From Octopus vulgaris (lineage: Eukaryota), in NCBI GenBank assembly GCA_951406725.2, contig OX597820.1, positions 71,486,001-71,550,000 on the forward strand: a stretch of DNA of 64,000 bases, given 5' to 3'. Position numbers and translations under genes: made by a program. Under the pieces are notes generated by a model. It was given only the letters and a program-made list of their open reading frames with translations. It was not told the DNA's origin and searched no databases. Below are positions 26,702-38,522 of the stretch, in pieces. The stretch's first letter is position 1. Each line of letters starts with the position of its first letter.

Positions 26702-27168
26702 TCCTTTCTACTATAGGCACAAAGCCTGAAATTTTTTGGTGGGGAGGGGTTAAATCGATTACATCGACCTCAGTACTTAATTGGTACTTAATTTATCAAA
26801 GGGTGGCGAACTGGCAGAACGTCAGCGTGCTGGGAGAAATGCTTAGCGGTATTTCGGCTGCCGCTACGTTCTGAGTTCAAATTCTGCCGAGGTCAACTTT
26901 ACCTTTCATCCTTTCGGGGTCGATTAAATAAGTACCAGTTACGCACTGGGGTCGATAAAATCAACTTAATCCGTTTGTCTGTCCTTGTTTGTCCTCTCTG
27001 TGTTTAGTCCCTTGTGGGTAGTAAAGACATAGGTACTTAATTTATCAACCCTGAAAGGATGAATGGCAAAGGTAACCTCGGCAGGATTTGAACTCAGAGT
27101 GTAGTGGCAGACAAAATACAACTAAGCATTTTATCTGGCATGCTAATGATTCTGCCAGTTCACTGCCT
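26702..27168 (-). mobile_element. SINE family B (host copy) interrupted by an antisense copy
   Basis: The two halves rejoin across the duplicated 17-mer GGTACTTAATTTATCAA. Confidence 0.85.
26800..27031 (+). mobile_element. Young SINE family B copy with 17-bp TSD
   Basis: A-box-like TGGCAGAACGTCAG, B-box-like GAGTTCAAATTC, CpG-rich; perfect TSD at 26783-26799 and 27032-27048. Confidence 0.9.
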
Positions 27169-27189
27169 AAAATAATAATAATAATAAAT

Positions 27190-27745
27190 ATACCAACATA
27201 CACCAGGAAAGGTAATGGATGAAAGGGAAAAGGCAAAAACCCTCTGTGATTTTGATTTCCAGACAGACAAGGTGTTAGAGCACTGAAGGCCAGATATAGT
27301 AACCTTTAGGAGGAACAAACAGGAATGCCTAATAATTGATGTGGCAGTGCCAGGAGATCAACATATCATGAAAGAAAGAGAAAAGGTTGATAGATATGGA
27401 GACCTGAGAATTGAGATCACTAAGATGTGACAGCTACAAGAGTCAGACAAAGGTCACTCCTATTGTCATTAGAGCATTGGGTTCACTCTCACTCAATCTG
27501 AAAAAAACATCTGAAAATCTTAGAAATACCCTACAATTTAGATGTATTGCAAAAGTCGACATTACTTGGAACTGCACACATATTACATAAAATACTGTCT
27601 CTCTCAAGGTCCTTGTTGTGACTTGACAAACAGTACAAACCCTGGGTAGACACACTATCTTCAATTAACAACCTCACAATATTGTATACTGTGCAATGTC
27701 TATAATAATGATGATAATAATAATAATAATAATAATAATAGTAAT
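27190..27745 (+). mobile_element. R4/Dong-clade non-LTR retrotransposon 3' fragment (restriction-like endonuclease)
   Basis: Translates DFDFQTDKVLEH*RPDIVTF..CLIIDVAVPGD..EKVDRYGDLRIEI..VTPIVIRALGS (PD..D RLE motif); (TAA)n tail; preceded by an AAT tract. Confidence 0.88.
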
Positions 27746-30574
27746 AGCTTTTTTGTTTATTGTTTTTCATATGAATGAAGGCTGTGTACTCCTCTACAAA
27801 AGCTACTATTTAAACTAGAACATAAGAGTATCTAAATATTTAAAATCAAGAAAATGTTTATTAATCGTACATAAAAAAAGGCTTCAATTTATAATTAACA
27901 AACACAATGTGTTGACAGTTGTTATTTCTAGATCATTCCTGATCAATCAGGCTTATGATCAGAAGCAATTCACTATCACCATCCTGTTGTTTTTCTAGTG
28001 ATATTTAGGTCTTAATGATTCATTGTCCATTCTTTATTTAAACAGTAGGATGTGATTTGTCTGCTATTTCTAGCAGATCAGAGGTTAGCTAGAAGTTCTT
28101 TTGTTTTATAAGCTGTTGATCAATAGTTCAAAAGACAGAGATTGCTCAATGATATTATCTGGGGTGCTTAAAAACAACTTTAGAAAATATTGACATGGAG
28201 GTAATGGATAAAGGACTGAGAAACTGAAGGCATTAAAGCAGAAGCCACTTCAAATCTGTGAATTCTATTATTTGTTGCTTATTTTGTTTATTCATGAGAG
28301 TATGAAATGAATTTCATTCACATGGCTTGCACACACACACACACACTCACACACAGATACATATGCAAAAACACGTACATACACAATCATCCACCACATC
28401 CATATTTAATTTTAAAAAAAGAATAAAAATAAATCACTTGTTATAATTTGAACTATAATCTCAAACTTTCAATTTCCAGTTAATTTTCCTGGTTAATGAG
28501 TCATTCCAATTTGATGATCATCATGCATAATCTATGTTTCACTTTCCTCCTTAATCTTTATTAGTTTTCTTTCTTCATTGTCCATGTTTTTTTCTGAGGT
28601 GCATCATTAGATTTCTAGTATGTAACTTGGACATATATATATATATGAGAGAGAGAGAAATGAATGCAAAGGAAGATGGAGGGAGGGGCAAAAACTGAAT
28701 GAGGAAAACAGAAGCTATCATAAAATTAAAATGTACTAAAAATTTGCATATGTTCTCATTCATTCATTAAGATTTCATATATTTGCAAAATTTTCGAATT
28801 ACCATCTTTTGCTAAATATTTCTTCTGGTTTGAGATATTAATCTTCAGACTTAAAGAATTTGTTAGTTTTCAAGTCTTTATATTAAAGATATTACGAATT
28901 AGAATATGAATACTGATAAAATACACAATAGAAATTATTCACATTACATGAAAATGAAAAAATATTTTTTTAGAATATTTTTCTATAAAAATTTTAATTT
29001 TAAAAGTTACCACATATAATGTGCAAATATGCATGCATAAAGCTTCCTACACACACACACACACACATCAGTTTATACACAAATAATTTATGAATGACTT
29101 CTTTTAATGTTATATTTTGGAACCTTTATTTAATTGTAACCTTAGTGTGTATTCATGTAAGTGAAATTTTCTACATTTCTAAAGATTTCTAAATGTTAAT
29201 GTTATAACATATTTTGTATTTAGTGTTTGTATCAGAAAAAGAAGTGGGTTGATATTAGAGTTTATATTTAAAACTCGCTTCTTTTGTATTTCAAAGGCTT
29301 AAGCTTTTCATCAAAGTATTTTCCCCTTATTTTTCCCAAGATTTTGTGTATAAATTTAGTGCGTTATTTTAAGGTTTTAAAGCATTCTCTTATACTGAGA
29401 AGATTATGTCTTTTCATCACGTTCCATGGTATGCTATTTTCTCATTTCAAATCAGCAAACTCAATATGGATTTGGAAAGAAATGCAAATTATGCACACAA
29501 AAAACATAAAAAAGATTAAAAAAACTAGTTTTCATCAGTTTGTAGTTTTACAAAGAAAAGTGTATAATATGTTGAAAATATTGATAATAAGGGCTATGGT
29601 ACTGAAAGAAATGGATTTATATTTACTCTATAGGAGAAAACAACAAAACAAAACAACAACAACAACAAATCCTTTTACAAGTTTAACTGAATAACATAGT
29701 AATAGTTTAGGTATAACAGCTTAGTAGATTCCTTTATTAATGTTACTCTAATTCCATGAAATATTTAAGTTCATAGAGTAGGAACATCGCATAAGATTGT
29801 TATTGTTTTACAGACTGAATGCTCTTCTTATCACCAGCCACTTTACTATGTGGACTGGGTGCATTTTCATACAATCAACATTGTAGAGCTTGCCTCCCAG
29901 AAATAAAATGTCTTCTCCACTTTCAGATTAATTCAGGGTTGCTGCTTTCATAAAAGGGTTGCTTTCACTATGACTTAAAGCATCAAACTCTTGCCTTATT
30001 TTCTGCTTACATATCTTATGTTTCTCCACATAAGTGATCCGAATTCAGAGTTTACAACTCTCCTAGATGGGTTACTAGAGTTAGGAAGAAGGGAAAGAAG
30101 TAAGGAAGAGTGAGAAGAATGAAGGCCATATCAGAGGGGATGAGTTAATGAAAAGATCATATGGAAATTAGGCAACTAGTAAAAAAGAGGGAAGAGGGAG
30201 TGGTAAGGAACAGAGAAAGAGGATGTAAATGGGGCCCATATCAACTGGGGTTGATAGCATTCACAAGACACTTTGAGAGTATGGAGTTAAGATAAAATGA
30301 AGTGAAGAAAAGTGGTAGTACAGGCAAAGCCAAGGAAAGGTGTGCACACAACCTGCCAAAGAATGTAAAGTTGGGTAGGAAGCTATTCATATTTTTACCA
30401 GAATTCTCAGGCCTATGTTACCCAATGCTTACACAATTTATTTTCCAATGGAGTAATTCTAGTCAGGCCATAACTGAGGAGTGTACAGCTATCTGTCAAT
30501 ATCGAAAGTGATGAGCTGATAACAGTGCTTATAGCAGAGACTGCAGAAAATTTAGAGCAAAAATTTTCATATAG

Positions 30575-31410
30575 GCACAGGCATGGCTATGAGGTAAGAA
30601 ATTTGCTTCCCAACCACATGGCTCTGGCTTCAGTACCAATGCATGGCACTTTGGGGTCTTTTTATTCAACCTCAGACTAACCGAAGCTGTGTGAGCAGAT
30701 TTGAAAGGAGCCCATCGTGTGTGCGTGCATGCGCGTGTGTGTATATATACATATATATTATTTAAAACAGTTTGATTCAGTTTCTGTGCTACTTCAAGTT
30801 TTGCAAGTCCCTAATGGAGCCCTTTTCCTTCAGGTTTCTGGAATTACCAAATGAAGAGGTCTAGTAATTTCAAGATGGTTACTGAGATGGGGTGCTACTG
30901 GTCAAGGAGGGTCACATGGTGTTTTAGTGAATTTGGTAAACAACAACAGTGCCATCAGAAAAGGAGTTACTATTACTGCATTGTTGGACAGGAAACTAGC
31001 ACTGTCAGTGTGTCTGGATATGGCATCAGTAAGGCTGATGAGTATATGGTTGTGTCTGTGTGTGTGCATGCACATGTGTACTTGTATGTGTGTGTGTACA
31101 TGTGCATCTGTGTATGTATATATGTATGGGTATGTGTGTATGTGTATGTATACTTGTGTACATAAACATATGCGATATTATGTGTGTGTGTGTGTGTATG
31201 TTTTTGTGTGCTTGTCCCCCACTACCACTTGACAACCAATGGTGTGTTTACATCCCTGTAACATAATGGTTCAGCAAAGAGACTGATAAAATGAATACCA
31301 GACTTTAAAAAAAGCGCTGGATTCATTTCATTTGACTAAAAAAAATTCAAGGCGGTGCCCCAACATGGCCCCGGCCTAATGATTGAAATGAGCGAAATAG
31401 ATAAAAGATA
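30575..31410 (+). mobile_element. SINE family A, with ~300 bp foreign insert in its central microsatellite
   Basis: Head 30575-30725 and tail 31190-31410 match the other family A copies. Confidence 0.7.
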
Positions 31411-31639
31411 TGTAAACAAGAAAGAAGACAAAACTGTGATTCAATCAGTGAAATGGCTATGCTTATTATGCAAAAAGGATAAAATTTCCATACAGTTTTT
31501 ACCCCATATGACCTATGAGTGCACTGGAGGTGAAGCAGAATCAGTGAATTGAGACTTTAGTTTAAGTGTACAGTAGTAACGAGCTCTCAGGGCACCAGTG
31601 AACTAAACTTCTTGCATTTCTCAGTAGGGCAATGGCGTA

Positions 31640-32200
31640 CTGAGAGTGTAGTGGCTAGAATTAAAATAGAGTAGGAAAAGTTCAGGAAGTTCAGGGAGCT
31701 GACAACAAGAGGATCCTCTCTCTGAGTAAAGTTCATTCATTTGTATGATGCATCAACAACTCGAATGTGTATGAACTGTGATGCTGCATGATAGTGAGAT
31801 GTGGGCACTGAATGCATAGCATGTGAAAAGGTTGGAGGGAAATGATGTGAGCATGATATGCAAGTTGTGTAATGTTATTTTGCTTGAATAACAGAGCGTA
31901 GACAAGCTAAGAGAAAATCTGTTTGAGAGAAATAAGCTGTAGTGAGAGCTGCACTTGTATGGACATATAATGTTATAGAAAATGACAGGTGGGTGAAGAA
32001 ATGTCAGGAGAGTCATATGGAATGAGCCAAACAATGAGGAAGACCAAGGAAGATGTGGGCAGAAGTGGTGAACATTAATCTTAGGAAGATAAACCTTTTC
32101 CAAGGGAAAGCAATGAGTAGCAGGATGCTATGTTGGAGAGGACTCATCTACCCCGTGTAGTAAAACACATGTAAAAAAGTTATTATGATGGTGGCTAGAT
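31640..32200 (+). mobile_element. Decayed RTE ORF2 3' remnant
   Basis: MLHDSEMWALNA..LEGNDVSM..LREN..GRPRKMWAEVV similarity to 10325-10790. Confidence 0.7.
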
Positions 32201-32219
32201 GGTTGTGGTAGTGGTAAAT

Positions 32220-32690
32220 CAAGCCAAACTTCAGAAAAGCCATCTATCATTTCGCTATTTTAACAGGTTAGAAATGATCATCTTGGGTCAATTTGAACAT
32301 ATTCAAGAAACAGGCACTCATTATAATATTGTACCAGTGGCAGTCATAGACTGTGATAAAGGTCATAATCTTGTTGGGTCTGATGTGTTAAATATATGCA
32401 GTCAAAGTTATTCAGAAAGATTAATTGCACCTGGTACTGAAGATACTTGTATGCCAAAAGATTATGAAGCCAGATTCAAATTGAGAGTAAACATATATCC
32501 ATCATGTTTTGAATCTTGGAAAGTACCAATTCATATTTTTCAACTAGCTATTAAATTTGTAAAAATGATTGAATAGAACATATCAGAACTGGTTCCAATT
32601 ATGGTAGCAATCATAGATTTACAAAAACCAGGCAGAGATTTATGTCTATAGTAATCATGATGGGCACTGCAAGATTTGTTTATACTCTCT
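32220..32690 (+). mobile_element. Ty3/Gypsy pol remnant (protease to RT start)
   Basis: ILGQFE..VAVIDCDKGHNLVGSDVL..YEARFKL..WKVPIHI..KMIE, typical of the Gypsy protease-RT junction. Confidence 0.7.
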
Positions 32691-32706
32691 TCCGACCTCT
32701 AATATT

Positions 32707-33138
32707 AATTTTAAATTTTGGTATAAGGTCAGCAACTTCAGGAGAGAGGAGAGCACTCAACTTGTACCCATTTTATAGACCCTGAAAGGATGACAAGTGT
32801 TGTGGTGTCCCATCTAACATAGTTAGCAGTTCATAGTTTGGTCTTCGAAGTCCAAGTACAGTTTATAGTTTGAGTTAGTGTGTGGGAAATATTGATTGTT
32901 CATTTTGTTGTGTGTTTGTTACTGCTGCTGTTTCTATTTTGTATTGTTATGACACTCTTACAGTGTATTATTTATCAATCATCAGCAATATCTGCCATAC
33001 TATAATATTGGTGGCATAGGAATATAACAAAAGGTAAAGTCAACCTTGGCAGGATTTGAACTTAGTGTGTAAAGGCAGACAAAATGCTGCAAAGCATTTT
33101 ACTCAGTGTGCTTACGATTCTGCCAGCTCACCACCTTC
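32707..33138 (-). mobile_element. SINE family B with ~16-bp TSD, interrupted by a solo LTR
   Basis: TSD TCCG/AACCTCTAATATT at 32691-32706 and 33139-33154. Confidence 0.8.
32798..33029. mobile_element. Solo LTR (232 bp) nested in SINE
   Basis: Starts TGTTG, ends TAACA (TG...CA with short inverted ends); CAAG/AAAG flanks; SINE sequence resumes after it. Confidence 0.65.
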
Positions 33139-33255
33139 TCCAACCTCTAATATTGAATCTGCTTTCCCCATAGTCAGTGGAATACTTTTTCTTCTTTTTG
33201 CACAACTTGAAGATTAAATTCAATTAACTAATCTCTTTGAAGAAATTATTACCTG

Positions 33256-33668
33256 TAGGCTTGGACTGGCTGTGTGTTTACTTTGCAATCACATCATTTT
33301 GGGTTTAGTCCTATTGATGGGCACCTTGAGCAAGTGTCTTCTGTATAGCTCCTGGCTGACCAGTGCCTTGTGAGTGAATTTGGTAGAAAGAACTGTGAAG
33401 AAGTTCAACTTATTCATGTGTGTGTGTGTGTGTGTGTGCATGTATATATGCATCCTTATGCTTTGTTGTGTTTGTTTTTGATCACTATTATCAGCTAGTG
33501 TTGAGTTGTCTATGTCCCCTCAAAAAGCTTAGCAATTTGGCAAAGGAAATAGAGAATACGAAATAGATTTTTAAAAAAGTGTTGGGGTCAATTTTAGCTA
33601 AATCCTTCAGGACAGTGCCCTAGCATGGCCACAGTCTAATGGCTGAAACAAGTAAAAAATGAAAGATG
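33256..33668 (+). mobile_element. SINE family A, complete, with internal (GT)n
   Basis: tRNA-like head, (TG)n, conserved tail ..GAAACAAGTAAAA. Confidence 0.8.
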
Positions 33669-35535
33669 AGCATATTGAAATGAACATGGATGCCTTGTGA
33701 CATAAAAATTACAAGTGTGATTTTTCAGCATGCCATATTAAAGTCTTTGGGGAACAATATATAGTAATCTATCAGGATAATATATTTTTTTTTGTTTGGG
33801 TGCAGCTACTGAGTAGAAATTGAACCTGAATCTGAAAGTTATATCAATTAACTGAGAGATTACACTGACAAATATATCTTTAATAGTAACATGACGTCAT
33901 TTTTGAGATATCCCATTTTAAAGAAAGTCTTTCTTCAGATTGACATTTTGTTAAAAAAAATATATATATTTTTTTTAAAATGTTCCTGCTGACAATAAGG
34001 GCAACTTAGTGACAAAAGAGGCATCCAACTGCAGAAAATTCCACCTTACTCATCAAATTTTGATTGACCCATGTGAGCATGAAAAAATTGACGTCAAAAT
34101 GATGATTGTAAGGATACTGGTGATGGTGATGATAATGTATTTCCTTCCTTTAATAAGAAAGTATTAGAAGTATTGTTTTATAGTTGGTAGATTTTTACAA
34201 TCAGTATTTATTATTCAGGGAAAATTTGAATTTTCATGGACAAATGTTCAGCAAAAGACATTTCAGAGATTAAATTATGTGCTTGCTGAAAATCCTGCTG
34301 GGAGGATATTTGATACTGCATTGATAACTGATGCTAAGTATCACAAGCAAACTGAGTGCTATATCTAAAAGGGAAGTTTTGCTGAATCTAATTATTTGAA
34401 TATTGAGAGAGAGAGAGGGGGGGAGAGAAAGAGAGAGAGGTTTTAGAAATTGTGAGGACCACAAATTGGACATGCAATATTTTTACTTGCTAGAAAATTT
34501 CATATTTAGATCTGCCCATAGATCACTTCCATCCATGTTTAATTCCTAAAATCCTGTACAGCAGATATTCAGTCCAGTGCCAAATCGTAACCTACATGAG
34601 AAACATAGCTGAAATAGTGAATTTGTTTGAGTTGAAAACTAGAACTAATCACTCTCCTGTATGACAAACAAATTTAGTCTCATTTCAGAGAGAACTTCCT
34701 GTTTGCACCATATGTTTATTTTTTGTGTTTTATCAAGTGGATTTCTAGATCATTTCTTCCTTTGATTTTCAAGCTTAATGGCAATTAATTCCTCAAGCAG
34801 TGAGTTAGAATTAGGTGAAATTAGTTATTAATGATCTATTTATTTATCCATTTATTTATTATAGAAACAGAATTTGAACTTGGGTAAAAAAAAATATTAG
34901 TGATATTTCAGTGTCATCTATAAACACCTGTGATCTAAGTGATGTTGGGATTTATTGATTCTGAGCAGGAATGGCAATATCATTAATGAATGAATAGTAT
35001 TAAACAAAAAATTTGATTTACAATTATCACATAAATGTAGTGTCTCTGTATACTGCTCGGTTTACAAGAAGAAATTATTATTGTAAAAAGGGTAAATAAA
35101 ACTTATTCACTGGGCCTTACACAATTTTTGAATGGAAGAGAAGGCATATCTCTGAATGTTATTATCTTATGGAAGGTGTACAGCTTGCAAGTTACAGAGT
35201 TTAACTTGAGCACAAATCAGCCTGGAGAGAGGAAATTGATGCCTAAGAACTGATATCTTGTAAAGATATGTGAAAACACCTCTGTCTAATCAATTCATTC
35301 AATTTCTTTATATTCAGTCTACCTTGGGAAGTGAAATGATATGACAACAGGCTGTAAAAGCAAGAAGCAAAACCCATATTTATAATGTACACCAATGATC
35401 TTTACACCCTATCAGTAATTTCATCCAAGTTCATGCTCTGGTTATATTTCTATGATTTTTGTACTAGCCAAAGTGCATTTTATCAAAATCTCTAAGAGGA
35501 CTGAGAGTTGCCTGTTTATTCATGTGAAGTTGAGG

Positions 35536-35575
<40 letters not shown>

Positions 35576-36444
35576 CAGAGAATGTCTCAGAAAATTACAT
35601 ATCTAGACTTGTGTATACAAGGATCATGCTCATATCAATAGAATTTGATTGTTTGTCCTAATGGATTCCTTTTCAGAATGGTCAAGTGTTATTTATGTTC
35701 TTACTAAAAAAACAACAGGATTATAAACCAGTCGTTAGTGTCTAGCAATACTCTTGAATATCATGAATATAATCTATGTTCTTGACTACTGAAAATTGGT
35801 TGGATTCCTAACAAAACACTGCCATGTCACTTGATGGGATTTACATCCCAAATAGACTGAGTACTCATTGTAAGGGTTCCTTCAGTATAAGCCTAATTTT
35901 ATTCCATTTGTTATTCCATATTACCATTGTAAGTGCCCTGATTAAAATGAGCACCATCACTAGTTTCAAATTACTTGAATTTAGGCCTGATTTGGTTTGC
36001 ACGAACCAAATTTCCTATTCCATTCTTTGAAGTAGTGTTATTTTTAGTTTACAACACAAAGTTTGCCATGTCTAGTGTTAAACAGATGGTTCAAAATTTG
36101 AAAATGGGGTTAAAAGCATTCTTTTGTCATGATCTAATGTTTGAGACATTTTTATTCCTCTGATTGCTTAGCTATTATCTGATTTCTTATGTAAAAAGGT
36201 TAGAAGCACCCTGAAATATGTCTTTTTCCACAGATCAGCAGATGTGATATATAAAGGAGTATGTTCCCCTCTCATGAAAGAACTTTTAAAGGGAGTTCTT
36301 TCACTAAGGGTGAACATTATTCTACTCAGATTATAAAACCCTTACATTTCTGGGACTTGTTATAGCAAGGTGCAAAACTACTACTTTGAATAAAGTATAG
36401 GTTTATACTGTATATTATAATTATGTCATTGATATGTCAATATT

Positions 36445-36659
36445 GGTTTCAAATTTTGGCACAAGGCTAGCAATTTCAGGGGAGAGGAGTAGTCAATTAC
36501 ATCAACCCTAGTGTCCAACTGGTACTCATTTTATCAATCCAGAAATGATGAAAGGCAGAGTTTACCTCAGCAGAATTTGAACTCACTGCACAAAGGCAGA
36601 TGAAATGCCACTAAGCATTTTGCCTAGCATGCTTAACAATTCTGGTTGCTCACCACCTT
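36445..36659 (-). mobile_element. SINE family B with 17-bp TSD
   Basis: TSD ATTGATATGTC/TAATATT at 36428-36444 and 36660-36676. Confidence 0.88.
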
Positions 36660-36689
36660 ATTGATATGTTAATATTAGTGCATAATTTG

Positions 36690-36907
36690 AAGACAGCAAG
36701 CGGGCAGAATCGTTAGCATGCTGAATGAAATGCTTAGTGGTATTTTGTCTGTCTTCACATTCAGTTCAAATTCCACTGCGGTCGACTTTGCTTTTCATCT
36801 TTTTGGAGTCAATTAAATAAGTACCAGTTGCATACTGGAGTTGATGTAATCGACTTACCCTCTTCCCTGAAATTGCTGGCCTTGTGCCAAAATTTGAAAT
36901 CAATATT
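36690..36907 (+). mobile_element. SINE family B, inverted relative to its neighbour
   Basis: Same head and body, tail GGCCTTGTGCCAAAATTTGAAATCAATATT. Confidence 0.88.
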
Positions 36908-38416
36908 AACACATACTTTTTCTGTTTGAACATAGTTATTTATATACAATGTAGTTCCGTATGCAGTTTGACCTGTCACTTGATTGAAACTTCTGAATAT
37001 AAAGTACCATGTGTAAACAGGATAATATTTGAATAAACTCTGTATAACACAACAGATAAATTCACAATTCATTAACTTTTTAATAAGATTTTGATCATTA
37101 ATTAGATTCTTTTTTTAAGTTTTAAGAACACTAAATCTCTTTTGAATTTTCATAACTAATTCTTCCCACTGAAAGTGAGATAAACTTTTGAAAATTTGAG
37201 CTCGTTATAATGATATAAGTTTCCACTTCAAAGAACAAAAATTGCGTACAATATAAATTTTATTATAAGAAGCAACAGTGTATCGCAATATTATTTTGAA
37301 TATTAATATTAATTATTATAATTTTATTGCATACAAATATTGTTTACATGCAATGAAATTATGAAAATTATCTCTATAATCATTTCTAATCCTTTGGTCT
37401 AAATGAAAGTGATTATTATTATTATGTCAACAAAAAAAAGAAAGTGGAACATTTTAATAGTTTAAATAATAAGAGAGAAGTCCTTTAATATAACCTGTTC
37501 AAATAGAAAACTTTGATTTAAAGGCCATAAGTTATCTGTATAAAATTCAGTTACAAGGCTGGTGTCAAATTTGAAGTGATGGCCAAGACAAGTTTGTGAA
37601 ACAATTTACATTTTTACGATAATCTTGAAGAAAAAATGAGGTTATATGATCAGTGGATCATAAATGTTTATGTTTTTCCATATATTGATTCAAAAAAGAA
37701 AATCAATACTTATAGGCTACATAAGTCACTTGGGGTTGACTTTGCATAATGTTTTGAAGGTTATTATTTGACTGGAAGAGGGTACCAGCAATATGCAGTT
37801 TTAGGAGGAAACTGTCTATAAAACTTTCAACATGAATCTATAAGCAGTGGTTCTGATCATGGTATCATGAGAATCTGTTGATTTTCCTTATGTTGAACTA
37901 ACTAGCAATACAAGACAGTAGCTTTGTAGTTAAACTGGTTTCTAACTATACAACTAAAAGATTAAACTCTGCTACAAGCATTTAAATAGGACTTCTTAAA
38001 ATAAAAATAAGCACTCTTAGTCTTGGATTGAAAGGTTAATAGTCAAAATGAAATAATTGTTACAACAGTATACTAACGATTTGATTTTCAAAAATTACTA
38101 CCCTTCTGGAACAATATTGTTAAATAAAGTAGACTGATACATAAGCTGTTAGATAAATTCTTTCATTATTTTTCTACTTGGCATTCTATTGTAATATGTG
38201 TGAAAAAACGCAAACTTTATTCAAATTTCAAAATTGAAAACAAAGGTTATAGAGGACGTATTGAACTAAAAAATAATCTATAAAACACCATGATAAAACG
38301 ATATTTTTCATGTTAATTCATATAACAGTAGAAAGGATTAAAATAAATGGAAAAAGTGAACAAATTTATCAGACAACCCTGCGTGTGTGTGAGTGTGTGT
38401 AACTAGAAGCTTTATT

Positions 38417-38522
38417 ACCACAACAATCGTTTCGGCTACATTCTGCACTGCTCCTTAGTGGGTGTGGGACAATGTAATGACATCAGGTGCAATGCACAGT
38501 GCAGTAAGCCTCATCAGGTAAT
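38417..38522 (-). ncRNA. Type I hammerhead ribozyme (Penelope-type) with extended stem II
   Basis: Minus strand ATTAC-CTGATGA-GGCT..CTGCACTG..CAGTGCAG..AGCC-GAAA-C-GATT-GTT-GTGGT, immediately followed by AATAAA. Confidence 0.78.

Noticed and set aside
26800-26890. tRNA gene
   Set aside because: A/B-box-like motifs belong to a SINE head followed by SINE body and TSD; no cloverleaf.
29284-29694. 136-aa ORF
   Set aside because: Low-complexity AT-rich composition, non-ATG start, no recognisable motif or splice support.
30790-30840. Possible third hammerhead (minus strand CTGAAGG...CAAAAC)
   Set aside because: Both cores deviate and no stem I pairing can be drawn.
37555-38381. Possible Tc1/mariner MITE bounded by CAAGGCTGG.. 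and ..GACAACCCTG
   Set aside because: Terminal similarity is too weak and there is no right-hand TA; cannot support boundaries.
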